The notes: a model not told the origin generated them from the sequence alone. A stretch of DNA of 63,427 nucleotides, filler included, from Octopus bimaculoides (GCF_001194135.2; 6 parts of 5 records of this genome joined end to end with filler, not necessarily neighbours in it); one strand, 5' to 3'; counted from the first letter of the whole stretch, positions 1 through 12,954 are shown. Numbers and translations are program-made.

Positions 1-397
1 GTATATGTATGTATATGTAATTGTGTATGTATTTGTATAAATCCATATGTATGCGTGTATGTGTGTTTGTGTATATATATGTGTGTGTGTATGTGTGTAT
101 GTGTATATGTGTGTATGTGTATATGTGTGTATATGTATATACATATATACATATATACACATATATATATATGTATATATATGTATGTATGTATATATGA
201 GAACACTCGAATTCTTTTTCTTTTATATATATGTATTTGTATGTATGTATGTATGTATGTATGTATGTGCATGTGTGTGTTTACGTATGTGTTTGTATAC
301 ATGTATGTATATGTATATGCGTATCTGTTTATTTGGTTATAGGCGTAGATGTATATGTATGTATATGTGTATGTGTCTATTTTTATTTATACATGTG

Positions 398-430
<33 letters not shown>

Positions 431-608
431 ATGCGTGTGTATGGGGACAAGCACACATATGTGTATATTTGTATATACGTGGGTACGTATGTGCATGTGT
501 GTAGTAGATGTGGACGTATGCGTGTATATGTGTGTGTGTGTATGTATGTATGTGTGTGTATGTGTGTATGTGTATGTGTATATATATATATATATATANN
601 NNNNNNNN

Positions 609-657
<49 letters not shown>

Positions 658-745
658 ACATACATATGTGTATATATGTGTGTATATCTATGTATGTATG
701 TGTATATGTGTATATGTATTTATGTATGCATGTATGTTCTCAAAC
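1..745. repeat. Compound (TA)n/(TG)n/(TATG)n microsatellite
   Basis: Dinucleotide and tetranucleotide repeats visible directly; the YV/CM-rich ORFs here are artefacts. Confidence 0.95.
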
Positions 746-2241
746 ATTCATAGGTATGTGTTGTCCAACCTACTATCCGGCAGCGTCCAATTCTTTAACG
801 GTTATTTTCAAATGAATCACGTCATAACCTTATCCATCTATTGTTTTCATACTCGGTCATAATGTCTTACGTTTAAGATGATTCCCATGCTTTCCCTGAT
901 AAGAAGGTTACAATTTTAATATCACAGAACCCTATGGATCACATAGGTTGTAATCCTTTGAAACATATGTAGGAATAAAATATGCAATTATAACATGCGC
1001 TTTCTCCATTCCTTAAATTTTTAAATATACTCAAATACCCAAAATTTCAAGGAGTTCCTGCCTTAAAAACAGGAATAACACCAAAGTTATTTTGTGTTCT
1101 TTGCTACATTGGTTTCTATTAACCTATTTATTCTATCCGAAGAATTATTATTCCTTAAGATAGAAGAAATACATATAATTNNNNNNNNNNNNNNNNNNNN
1201 NNNNNNNNNNNNNNNNNNNNNNNNNNNNNNNNNNNNNNNNNNNNNNNNNNNNNNNNNNNNNNNNNNNNNNNNNNNNNNNNNNNNNNNNNNNNNNNNNNNN
1301 NNNNNNNNNNNNNNNNNNNNNNNNNNNNNNNNNNNNNNNNNNNNNNNNNNNNNNNNNNNNNNNNNNNNNNNNNNNNNNNNNNNNNNNNNNNNNNNNNNNN
1401 NNNNNNNNNNNNNNNNNNNNNNNNNNNNNNNNNNNNNNNNNNNNNNNNNNNNNNNNNNNNNNNNNNNNNNNNNNNNNNNNNNNNNNNNNNNNNNNNNNNN
1501 NNNNNNNNNNNNNNNNNNNNNNNNNNNNNNNNNNNNNNNNNNNNNNNNNNNNNNNNNNNNNNNNNNNNNNNNNNNNNNNNNNNNNNNNNNNNNNNNNNNN
1601 NNNNNNNNNNNNNNNNNNNNNNNNNNNNNNNNNNNNNNNNNNNNNNNNNNNNNNNNNNNNNNNNNNNNNNNNNNNNNNNNNNNNNNNNNNNNNNNNNNNN
1701 NNNNNNNNNNNNNNNNNNNNNNNNNNNNNNNNNNNNNNNNNNNNNNNNNNNNNNNNNNNNNNNNNNNNNNNNNNNNNNNNNNNNNNNNNNNNNNNNNNNN
1801 NNNNNNNNNNNNNNNNNNNNNNNNNNNNNNNNNNNNNNNNNNNNNNNNNNNNNNNNNNNNNNNNNNNNNNNNNNNNNNNNNNNNNNNNNNNNNNNNNNNN
1901 NNNNNNNNNNNNNNNNNNNNNNNNNNNNNNNNNNNNNNNNNNNNNNNTATCTACAGCAGCATAAGTTGTATTAAAAATGGGTTCAATATTGCAACAGAGT
2001 TAATAAAGAAACTCATAAACGTGTAGACGGCCTGACATATATTACCTGTTTTTCGTCCATACATATATCATATAAAGAGTTTATCTATATTTATTTGAGG
2101 CCGCATTTCAGCTGCTTCGAACGAAGCAGCTGGTCAAACATGGTATTTTACAAGGTCTTTCGCACGTTTTGAGAGTAATTCTGTCAGCGTCGTACTCAAT
2201 ACATATATCAAATAAAGTGTTCATTTTATTTATTCATATAG

Positions 2242-2605
2242 GTGCAGTCATGGCTGTGTGCTTAAGAAGCTTGTGTGATAACCAGTTGCGTTCCAATTCA
2301 GTTTCACTGCGAGGTAACTTGGGTAAGTGCCACTTACTGTAGCCGAATCATGCTTTGTGAATGAATTTGGTAAACTGTGTGAGAGTGTATTTATGTTTGT
2401 CAGTCCCACTGCTTAACAATCAATGTTGGTGCGTTTCCGCCCCTGTAATCTAGAGTTTCTGCGAAAAGAAACTGATAGCATAAATACCAGAGTTTAAAGA
2501 AGAATAAGTACTGAGGTCTATATGTTGAACTAAAGGCCTCCAGGACAAGTGCTCCAATATGGCGGCAGTTCATTGACTGAAACAAGTAAAAGATAAAAGA
2601 TGAAA
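2242..2605 (+). mobile_element. tRNA-derived SINE, family A, degenerate
   Basis: Head TGGCTGTGTGCTTAAGAAGCTT and tail GTGCTCCAATATGGCGGCAGTTCATTGACTGAAACAAGTAAAAGATAAAAGA match the family A copies at 14875, 26512 and 37055. Confidence 0.7.
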
Positions 2606-3979
2606 GATACAAGAGACCGCATTTCAGCTACTTCGAAAGAAGTGGCTGTAATTTATTATTTTTGTTCTGTAAAGGAGTTTTGTAAATTTTCAGAGCGAGA
2701 AACAATACGAGAAATACAGAACTACACACAATCACAAGATGCAAAACAAAAACCACCGAAAATTTATAGAGATTTTATTTTATGCAGAAATATTAGAATG
2801 ATTTATTCTGAGATTTAGTGAGAGGAATCAAGGGTAAAAAATAATAATAAAAGCAGTAAGAATTTATCGGTCAGTCATAGAGTTTAAATTTATCTCCCCA
2901 CGTAGCTCGCACTCATCTCTCAGAAAAAAAAATTCAGTATTTTATCATATCAAAATCGAATCGGGATGACTCAGTATGTCAGGCTGACACAAGCTAAAAT
3001 AAGCAATATCAATTATGTATATTGACAGGAAACAAAGATGATATGCTGTAGAGATAAGGGTGCTGTGAATGGTTACACGTTTCTCATACATCACAGTATT
3101 TAATAGGCAAATTTAAAACTAGAGATGTTACATTAAATAAGACAATGAAAGGTTATAAAATAGATGATTATAAAGCAGATTATAATATAGATGCATGGTT
3201 AGTATTTTGTATGATGATGATTGGTATTTTTATTGTTACAAACTAGCGGTACAAGGCATAAAGTTGTATAGCTAGAACCAGTTGTGGCCCCGGGAAAAAA
3301 AAATTATAGTATTATCAGAACCATTAACGTTATCAATATAATTAATGGAAACAGCATCCATTATGCAAGAATAACTAGAATGACTAAGGTAGTTACATGC
3401 GATGATAATATTTTAAGATGATAGAGTGAAATACGTTAACAGTATAAATGGGATAATCATAGTATTGTAATAGGCGATATATAAATATAAAATGAGACCA
3501 TAATACAAATAAGAGTATGGGCTGGTAGTATAAGGTGATAATGTGATAATATAGATAATATGATATAAAAACAAAATTAGAAAAAAATACTCTAGTTAAG
3601 GATATAATTATGCTAGAGTGTTCATATCTATACACAGACAAGAATATGAAATACACACACATATGTGCACATATACATATATACATACATATATACAAAC
3701 ACTTTTTTTAGACTCTTGTCGATACTCTCAACGTTTCGCTAAAACGATATTAATCAAAACCGCTATGCTGGGTTATACAATACGGCCTGGCTGTCTGATT
3801 TACCAAGAGTTCATGAAGCTTAGATTAAATAAACAAAACCAACAAAACGAAACAAAAAAAAAAACATTTGAATAAATATAAATATATTCTACATCCTGTA
3901 TTGAGTATCTTTTTAATTGTTCATCATAAAACAACGTTCGTATGTGTATGCATGTATGCAAATGCGTGCATATACATAT

Positions 3980-3983
<4 letters not shown>

Positions 3984-4044
<61 letters not shown>

Positions 4045-4060
4045 CATACANNNNNNNNNN

Positions 4061-4113
<53 letters not shown>

Positions 4114-4130
4114 CATACATATATATACAT
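3984..4130. repeat. (CA)n/(TA)n microsatellite with a 10-N gap
   Basis: Direct reading. Confidence 0.95.
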
Positions 4131-4399
4131 ATAAAATATTTACAGAAGGTTAATTATATGGCCGGTCATAGAGTGACCAATGGTTTCGCATCCATAAAGC
4201 ATTTAACCTTGTAGACAACTCCAATGGCCGCGGACATTAAATACATTACTGCTCTAGCTTTTAGAGTGTGTTTCTTTTTCGTATATATGAGCCACTGATT
4301 ATATATATATATATATATATATATATTGGTAGGCATGAATACGTATATATACACATATATAAACACGTACAAGCACAAATACACACGAACATATGTAAG

Positions 4400-4735
4400 G
4401 TAGGCCCCCTATGGCCCAATGGTTAAGTAGTTCACATTATAACCACGAGGTTACAGATTCGATGCCCCTGTGTGGAATATTGAGCAAACGTCATTTTCTT
4501 TAGCCAATACTCGAGCCTTACCATGTCAGTAAAATTGAACTGACAGAAACTGTAAAAAAATGCATATTTTAGATTGTATCCGTAATTAGTAACGTACAGT
4601 CTTGTCATATATTGTCGCTTTATTTCTGTCTGAGAATTGCATTAGATTATACGTGCCTGTAGAATGCACACCTTAATTTAGAAGCAGATATAAGTCAGTT
4701 GAAGAACTGAATCGTCATCATTGTTCTATGTGCAC
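4400..4735 (+). mobile_element. tRNA-derived SINE, family C (A-like head, different tail), degenerate
   Basis: Pol III A box TGGCCCAATGG and B-box-like AGATTCGATGCCC, followed by GACAGAAACTGT. The tail (GAGAATTGCATTAGATTATACGTGCCTGTAGAATGC...CCTTAATTTAGAAGCAG) aligns by eye with 34900-35030. Confidence 0.55.
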
Positions 4736-6014
4736 CAGCTGTATGATAGGCACGTTCACAAACCCAAATCTAAAGGGTTCGTATAATCCACATTATGATC
4801 ATCTGCGTTCATCGCTTATTAGTTTTAAGAGTATTAACGGATACCGGCTGAGGTGTCCAGACGCATTACATCCACTTCTGCTTGTTATGTAGTCCGTGAT
4901 GTCAAGTGATTTTCATTAAGAACAAATCAAATTTTAAAATTAAAGAGAAAAGAGTTTGGCACATTACTGTAACGTGATATATATTCTTATGATGTGCAAT
5001 GCATTTGTTGGATGCAAGCCACAATTTTTCTGATATTTTAATGCTGCCGTTTTGCTTAAAATAGCAGATATAATGATTGCGTCATTCTTCCATTTTTTGG
5101 CTTCCAAATATACTTGGATAACATAGAAGTTTGGTAGCAAAACACTTCTCTTCTGACAACAAACATTTTTCAGGTGGTCTCAAATTCCACCAGCTGTTCT
5201 ACACGAATACCAGACCAATAAACAGGGGTTCACAACTATTATTTTTGCCTATGAACCTCTTTGATTCCGATTTTACTCAGGGTCGGGGAACCTCATAGTC
5301 ATTCAATGTCTAAAAACCCTTACTATATTCTGATTAAATATTATTCAGAATTGTATGAAGATGGTTTTAAAAATTTCTTGTATTGTAGAAATGTAACCAG
5401 TTTATTGCGCATAAATTTGAACAAAATCTTATATGGACGCCTAAGGGCCATAGGTACCCCGAAAGGTCATATGAGTCCCAATACAGAACAACTGATATAT
5501 GCGACCACTTAATATGTTAGAAAAATGTCAAATTCTCCTTCAAATACCGTACCATACCGTCGTAGAAGAATAAATAAATGCTGGATAATGTGATCCCGGA
5601 TACGTTAAGACTGAATAAAAGATGGGATGGTTACATCTGTTACGCAGCAGCGGCGGTGAAAGTATTAGCTGCACATTTCTGCCTCGTTTTCGTGATGCAT
5701 TTGCAATTAAATATGATACACAGATGTTTATTTGAATCTATTATGGTTCTGTTGTAGATGACAGATTTTTATTCTGCCTGGCGGTTAATTGCATCATCAG
5801 TGATCACTGTTTTCTTATAATTCGATTTTATCTTAGCATGTGATTGGCTGTGAGTTACAGGCTATTGACAAAGGAATCAGAAATGCGCATCTAGCAATCT
5901 CACCACCATTGCTGCACGATTTTCGCCTACTACGTCCATAAGGGGTATTATCTCCATACGAATACTGCAGTTAATATGCCTTTTCGCAATGCATTTGCAT
6001 TAAGTATACGTAGA

Positions 6015-6060
<46 letters not shown>

Positions 6061-6943
6061 NNNNNNNNNNNNNNNNNNNNNNNNNNNNNNNNNNNNNNNN
6101 NNNNNNNNNNNNNNNNNNNNNNNNNNNNNNNNNNNNNNNNNNNNNNNNNNNNNNNNNNNNNNNNNNNNNNNNNNNNNNNNNNNNNNNNNNNNNNNNNNNN
6201 NNNNNNNNNNNNNNNNNNNNNNNNNNNNNNNNNNNNNNNNNNNNNNNNNNNNNNNNNNNNNNNNNNNNNNNNNNNNNNNNNNNNNNNNNNNNNNNNNNNN
6301 NNNNNNNNNNNNNNNNNNNNNNNNNNNNNNNNNNNNNNNNNNNNNNNNNNNNNNNNNNNNNNNNNNNNNNNNNNNNNNNNNNNNNTATACACGTACATAC
6401 ACACTCATGCGTTTATCAAAGATCGAATTTTGTTTTTTTATCACTTCAAGTATGTTGCACTTTTATCAAATATCGATATTGTCTTCTTTATTCTTTATCT
6501 AATATATTTACTGATGTATAAATTGTTATCGTGATTAACGTTTTGCATGAATATAGTCAGTAGAGAAATAGAAAAGCTGATAACATATCGGAAAAATAAA
6601 TCAGGGTTGATGAGTGCAAATTTACTGCAAGCCATTCGTTTCGTTGAATTGCTGAGCAGGAAAGCAGTATTGTATGTTGTTTTCAGTCCACCTGGCAATT
6701 TGAGATTATCAAAGGACTGAAATATTTTATCGATACATAAGGATGTAAATGGAGGTCTGGACTCCGGTTGTATGTCATGCAATTTAATTCGCAATATTTT
6801 AGTGTGCAAGCCCATGTGTTCGTGTTTATGAATGTGTGTGTGTGTGTAGTTTGGTGCGAATATTTATGTGTGTATGTATGTGCGTCATTATTCGGTTTTA
6901 TTTCAAGATTTCATGCCAATAGAGAAAGAGTCGGTTTCTAACC

Positions 6944-7235
6944 TATCACGTCATCCCATAAGTTCTGTCCGAATTTTGAATAAAGAAAGCAAGTGATCAA
7001 TTGTTATATTCAATTGAAATTTAATCATCAATGTACTTTCCCTGATTATCTATGACTTCCTTCCATCTATTTACAAGCTTTTTAATACCATCAATGTAAA
7101 ACTCTTTTGATTTCAAAGCGAAGAACTCTGAAATGTCAGTTTCGACCTCCTCCTGGCTTGCGAAAGTTATGTCATCCAAATGATTCTGCAAACTACGAAA
7201 CAAATGGTAGTCTGAAGGAGCAAGGTCGGGAGAAT
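6944..7235 (-). mobile_element. Mariner (DD34D) transposon 3' end: transposase C-terminus plus TIR; the rest falls in an N gap
   Basis: Minus-strand frame SPDLAPSDYHLFRSLQNHLDD...YIDGIKKLVNRWKEVIDNQGKYIDD* carries the mariner (Y)SPDLAPSDY motif with the third catalytic D. TIR-like TCACGTCATCCCATAAGTTCTGTCCGAATTTT at 6946 is preceded by TA (6944-6945). Confidence 0.93.
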
Positions 7236-8290
7236 NNNNNNNNNNNNNNNNNNNNNNNNNNNNNNNNNNNNNNNNNNNNNNNNNNNNNNNNNNNNNNNNN
7301 NNNNNNNNNNNNNNNNNNNNNNNNNNNNNNNNNNNNNNNNNNNNNNNNNNNNNNNNNNNNNNNNNNNNNNNNNNNNNNNNNNNNNNNNNNNNNNNNNNNN
7401 NNNNNNNNNNNNNNNNNNNNNNNNNNNNNNNNNNNNNNNNNNNNNNNNNNNNNNNNNNNNNNNNNNNNNNNNNNNNNNNNNNNNNNNNNNNNNNNNNNNN
7501 NNNNNNNNNNNNNNNNNNNNNNNNNNNNNNNNNNNNNNNNNNNNNNNNNNNNNNNNNNNNNNNNNNNNNNNNNNNNNNNNNNNNNNNNNNNNNNNNNNNN
7601 NNNNNNNNNNNNNNNNNNNNNNNNNNNNNNNNNNNNNNNNNNNNNNNNNNNNNNNNNNNNNNNNNNNNNNNNNNNNNNNNNNNNNNNNNNNNNNNNNNNN
7701 NNNNNNNNNNNNNNNNNNNNNNNNNNNNNNNNNNNNNNNNNNNNNNNNNNNNNNNNNNNNNNNNNNNNNNNNNNNNNNNNNNNNNNNNNNNNNNNNNNNN
7801 NNNNNNNNNNNNNNNNNNNNNNNNNNNNNNNNNNNNNNNNNNNNNNNNNNNNNNNNNNNNNNNNNNNNNNNNNNNNNNNNNNNNNNNNNNNNNNNNNNNN
7901 NNNNNNNNNNNNNNNNNNNNNNNNNNNNNNNNNNNNNNNNNNNNNNNNNNNNNNNNNNNNNNNNNNNNNNNNNNNNNNNNNNNNNNNNNNNNNNNNNNNN
8001 NNNNNNNNNNNNNNNNNNNNNNNNNNNNNNNNNNNNNNNNNNNNNNNNNNNNNNNNNNNNNNNNNNNNNNNNNNNNNNNNNNNNNNNNNNNNNNNNNNNN
8101 NNNNNNNNNNNNNNNNNNNNNNNNNNNNNNNNNNNNNNNNNNNNNNNNNNNNNNNNNNNNNNNNNNNNNNNNNNNNNNNNNNNNNNNNNNNNNNNAGGAG
8201 AATTCACACACAAAAAAAATTAACAGACGAAGACAGGTGGTGTAAACAACAAATGGATGTATTAGTATAACGCTCGGGAATAGAGAAAGT

Positions 8291-8326
8291 CTTTAACATT
8301 TCGAGCCTACGCTCTTCAACAGAAAG
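8291..8326 (-). ncRNA. Minimal hammerhead-ribozyme-like motif, variant core CUGUUGA
   Basis: Minus strand reads CUUU-CUGUUGA-A-GAGC(GUAG)GCUC-GAAA-UG-UU-AAAG; stems I and II pair perfectly, but two core or helix III positions deviate. Confidence 0.45.
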
Positions 8327-8569
8327 GAACACAGAAAGAAACAATATATGTATATATATATATATTCATATTAAATTCAACTTAAGTTGAAAGTCAACAA
8401 AGCTTGGCTTATAAGCATTGAGATGTATTGAAAGATAAAGATAAGGAAATAATTTTATTCTCAAGCGCAGGAAAAAGCTAATAACATAGCATGAACAGGA
8501 TATGGATAGTTTATCATGTTCATGCTAAGTTATTAGCATTATCCTGCGTTTGAGAATAAAATTATTTCC

Positions 8570-8624
<55 letters not shown>

Positions 8625-8841
8625 NNNNNNNNNNNNNNNNNNNNNNNNNNNNNNNNNNNNNNNNNNNNNNNNNNNNNNNNNNNNNNNNNNNNNNNNNNNN
8701 NNNNNNNNNNNNNNNNNNNNNNNNNNNNNNNNNNNNNNNNNNNNNNNNNNNNNNNNNNNNNNNNNNNNNNNNNNNNNNNNNNNNNNNNNNNNNNNNNNNN
8801 NNNNNNNNNNNNNNNNNNNNNNNNNNNNNNNNNNNNNNNNN

Positions 8842-8889
<48 letters not shown>

Positions 8890-9706
8890 GTGTGTGTGTG
8901 TGCACATAGAGATATTTATGTATACATATGATCAGATCAGAACTGATCTGGCGGAATTATGATAAAAAAAAGGTTCCATCCAGTCTTTTGAAGCCTATTA
9001 ATCATAGCAAATCTTGAATGTCATTATCCAATTGTCTTTTTGTTTTCTTTTAAATTGTAAAGTATGCTGTAAGAAAATATTGGTCGCTATTTCTAGCAGA
9101 CCGAGCAATGAGCACTGAGGGCTCCTTGTTGGAGAGATAGTGTGCTTTGAAGAATAATCAGCTCGCTCCGGAGAAATAAGTAAATAGAAAATTACGATGA
9201 AGTGTTAACTATGAATGACAAGTAGTTTATGTGTTGGATGGTTTATCTATGAAAAACAGCAATGTTGTAAACAAATAACATGAGAAATGATAAAAGAAGG
9301 AAAAGCATAAGAATAAGAAATCAGGAAAGAAAAATAATTAAGGAAATAATAATAAACACATATATATATATATCTGAAAAGACAGAAAATATGAATGAAA
9401 GAAGCTATATTTTTTTATGAACGTTTTATGTGGTTTCTTACTTTATTCTAAAGGAAATGTAATAAATACACACCTAACGACCTGCAACGTGTTTTGAGTT
9501 CACGAGCTGATCTGGGTTTACGGAATCTCGTGAATAGCTGTGACCTTGTTCTTCAGTTCAATAGGCTACGTTTGTTGTATCTAAGATTTATTGCGTTAAT
9601 ACAATTATCATTTAGATCAATGAAATCAAATCCAACATCAAGGCTGGACTTGTACCGAACTTCAGAGTTTTGAACAAGTAGTACGTAAAAGCTATACCCC
9701 AGGGTT

Positions 9707-9768
<62 letters not shown>

Positions 9769-9849
9769 TATATATTGTGTTTATTTATTTTTGGGGTTTC
9801 CATTATGTATCCAATATTCTAACGCTATGTCAGAAAGATCAAATAACTC

Positions 9850-10087
9850 ATATCGAGGTTGTAATGATTTATAACATTGGCTCAAGTCACATATTTTGCG
9901 GGGAGGTCAAAATCGATTAAACTGACCGCCCAACCCTACCCCCAGACACACACCACGCTACTTAATTGGTTCTTATGATAAAAAGCTAAGTCAACGCCGA
10001 CAGAATTTGAACTCAGAACATTAAAAGGATCTAACTAGATGTTCAGAGGCCTTTTTCAGTGGCGCTCTACTGATTTTGTCCTTCGCC
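9850..10087 (-). mobile_element. tRNA-derived SINE, family B, degenerate
   Basis: AAGTCAACGCCGACAGAATTTGAACTCAGAAC matches family B AAGTCGACCTCGGCGGAATTTGAACTCAGAAC (57092 copy). Confidence 0.6.
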
Positions 10088-10324
10088 ATTACTGCTCTTT
10101 CCAATCGATCTCCTATTGATCTCTTCGATAAGCAAACGCTGCTGGATAATAAGAAGTAAACAAGTTGATCGTTAATATTCACGATAGTAATGATGAAATG
10201 TAATGATACTCGTAAGTCCGTGTCAAGAGGTAACGTTCTCTTATCTTTGCTTCCCAGGTTTGTATCGAAAGAAGAAACATTGTTATTTATCTCCTCTGTT
10301 TAGTGATGTACATTCTTTTACTTT

Positions 10325-10525
10325 CTTATGTTTTACTTGTTTCAGTCATTAGACTATGGCCATGTTGGAGAACTGCTGGAAGGCTAGAGTGGAACAAATC
10401 TGTCTCCGTCTACCAAATGAACTCACTAGGCATTGGTCGACTTGGGATTACAGTAGCAGACACGTCTCACTAAGAAATCAGTGGCCACAAAGCGAACGTC
10501 TTAATTACATAGCCGTGTCTACGTC
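10325..10525 (-). mobile_element. SINE family A, internally deleted and degenerate
   Basis: TTTTACTTGTTTCAGTCATTAGACTATGGCCATGTTGGAG tail joined to TCCGTCTACCAAAT...TACATAGCCGTG head segments. Confidence 0.65.
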
Positions 10526-11488
10526 TATAAAATAAAATTAACACTGAACTGCAGTGACTAGAATTCGAACCTGGGTTACCACAGCTATAATATGCGGTTT
10601 GAACTGCTAGACGATCACAGTTCTTGTTGAACCGTGACTGCGCTCAAAGTTCAATTCTTCGTTATAGATTTTTTCGCTAATTATACATTGCTAATGCTCG
10701 TAAGAAAGCCATACATATCACACCTTCTAATACCTCCATATTCGGAACTCCAGTAAGTTAATTACCATTTGATTATTATCTCTGGTAACAAAATCTCCAC
10801 AGATTGTTCCTATTTAGTGCAGATGTTTTGGATCAGTGAACTGCACCGTTGTGCATGTGCGTAAGGGGAAACAGATGACGGGAGAGGTGTTGAGAAACTT
10901 TCCGAAAACAGATGCTATTGACAGGATAAACCTCACATTTCGTTAGGTTAACACAGCCAGTCGGTCTCAGGATATCCATGAGCGAAATTCACTTGTTACA
11001 ATTATCTAATGCCATAATTTTTCAGAGAATAAAGAGGAAAATGTTTCTTAGCATAGGATAGGGACCACTACTGTGCATAAAGCCCTGTGGTTCTGCTCTA
11101 TCAGTAACTGTATATTCCCGTTTCATCTTCTCCAATAATTTCTGGTTGGTATCTGATTTTCAAGGACCCACTTAACAAATTCTAGGAGAATTTCTTGCGC
11201 GATCGAGTAATAGGTAGCTTGTGGCAACTCATAAATCGGGGTTTTCTCTTTCACAAAAACGTAACTGAAAACTGAAGAATGAATTCAAGAAACATACATC
11301 TTTTGTATTCTTATCCTTCCTCTTTACCAATCTGGTTCCACTTCTTCCACCTCATTTTCCTCCGGGACACAACTCCGTTTCCCTCCATATCAACTGGTTA
11401 AGCCATGTACACTTCAGGCCACCCACTTCCTATTATTTAGCTTCGACTATTCGATTGCTACCACTGGTTTCCTATAAGGTTTTCCGAT

Positions 11489-11533
<45 letters not shown>

Positions 11534-12023
11534 CGCACGCACACATATATACATACACAGACACATATATACACACATATATACATATATAAACACACAC
11601 ACACACACACACNNNNNNNNNNTATAATGAAGAAAACAGGATAATTATCCCGTTATAACTTATATAGCGCAACTAATTAGCGATCTAATCAAGGATCAGG
11701 GATATAAGACAAAAAAAAAAAGTGGGGGAGAATAAATTTCAGAAGTCAGTGTTCTTAATCACTCAATATACTTCACAGCATCGCAATACTTCACAATGTA
11801 CTCAGGTGCAATCAAGCATAGGGGGATTTACAAAAGGATTAATTAAAGTATCTATTAAAGAAAAAAAAAAATTGAATGCTATATCGAAAGAACATATTAT
11901 TCGGGCGAATGATATACAATAAAAGCCGAGTTTACCTGTTTGATTAGATTATACAACTATTGATAATAGTGTTTTAAAATGAGTCCAAATGTAAAAAGGG
12001 TAGATGGGTTAAAATCATATGAA

Positions 12024-12370
12024 CTAATTATTTTTGGAAAAAAATTTAAACGTTGATAAATATTCATATCTACAAAGAATTATGACATCCGAAATCTTAT
12101 TAAATAAAATTTTATTATCAGTGCGGAGTATATTGATTGATTCCTTCGTGCATAATTTACAATTTCTAGTATGTGTATTGTACTGTGTGGTTTCGTTATA
12201 ATAGACCAATTCAGAATGAATTCTTTATTACGCATTTTTAATTTATTAATGTGGGTAGCGAACGCGGTTGAGTTTTTTTGTTTCTTGATTAGTAAATGAA
12301 TTTGTGCGTCCCTTATATTTAGTCTTAAAATCAGCTGTGCTTCATATGTATATCTTCTTTGATTCATTGG
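12024..12370 (-). mobile_element. Penelope-like element GIY-YIG endonuclease C-terminal fragment (pseudogenised)
   Basis: Two frames give KQKNSTAFATHINKLKMRNKEFILNWSII and YNTHTRNCKLCTKESINILRTDNKILFNKISDVIILCRYE, matching the PLE pattern NSTxLSxHIWxLK...W-I...CxLCxxEK...LLNKRSE...CRH. Confidence 0.8.
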
Positions 12371-12380
12371 GTTGTAAAAA

Positions 12381-12538
12381 CTTTTAATGAAAATTTATAC
12401 AAATCCCTTTCAAACGGCATAGATTACGATTTTAAAGAAATTTGTGAGGAAATTTTTTTCGGAGATTTTCCCCACAAATTTCTTTAAAATCGTAATGTAT
12501 GCCGTTTGAAAGGGATTTGTATAAACTTTCATTAAAAG
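12381..12538. repeat. 158-bp near-perfect palindrome/hairpin
   Basis: Arms 12381-12446 and 12473-12538 are reverse complements (66 bp, 2 mismatches) around a 26-nt loop. Confidence 0.9.
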
Positions 12539-12816
12539 ATACCCATTTTCCTGAAAGTTATGAAGGAAAAAAGTAAAATCGTGTGAATTTTCCAAAACTC
12601 TTCTCTTCACCCCCCTACGAAAAAATTCTTTTCCATAAATCCCTATATACTTTGAAGCCACAACATCTAAGCAGTATTTGTAGAAACTTTTGTTAAAAAG
12701 TATCCATTTTTCTAGATGTTATGAAGCAACAAAGTCGGGGGCGTATACATTTGTAGTAATACCCTTTATCTGTACGATTTTTTCATTTCGTGTTTATTTC
12801 ATTCATTGTTTGCAAT

Positions 12817-12954
<138 letters not shown>

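Noticed and set aside
47-862. Long ORFs rich in YV/CM/HT/ER/LS here and throughout the track
   Set aside because: They are translations of dinucleotide and tetranucleotide microsatellites, open in several frames at once.
1094-2026. Long ORFs made mostly of X (also 7021-8270, 43186-43946, 46153-46851)
   Set aside because: They read through N gaps. Only the mariner C-terminus at 7021-7235 is real.
4400-4480. tRNA gene
   Set aside because: A and B boxes are present but there is no cloverleaf, and the sequence continues into SINE body; all tRNA-like heads here are SINEs.
4740-5220. Possible pogo/Tigger transposase remnant (CNASGH on the minus strand)
   Set aside because: One short motif; no other DDE motifs recoverable.
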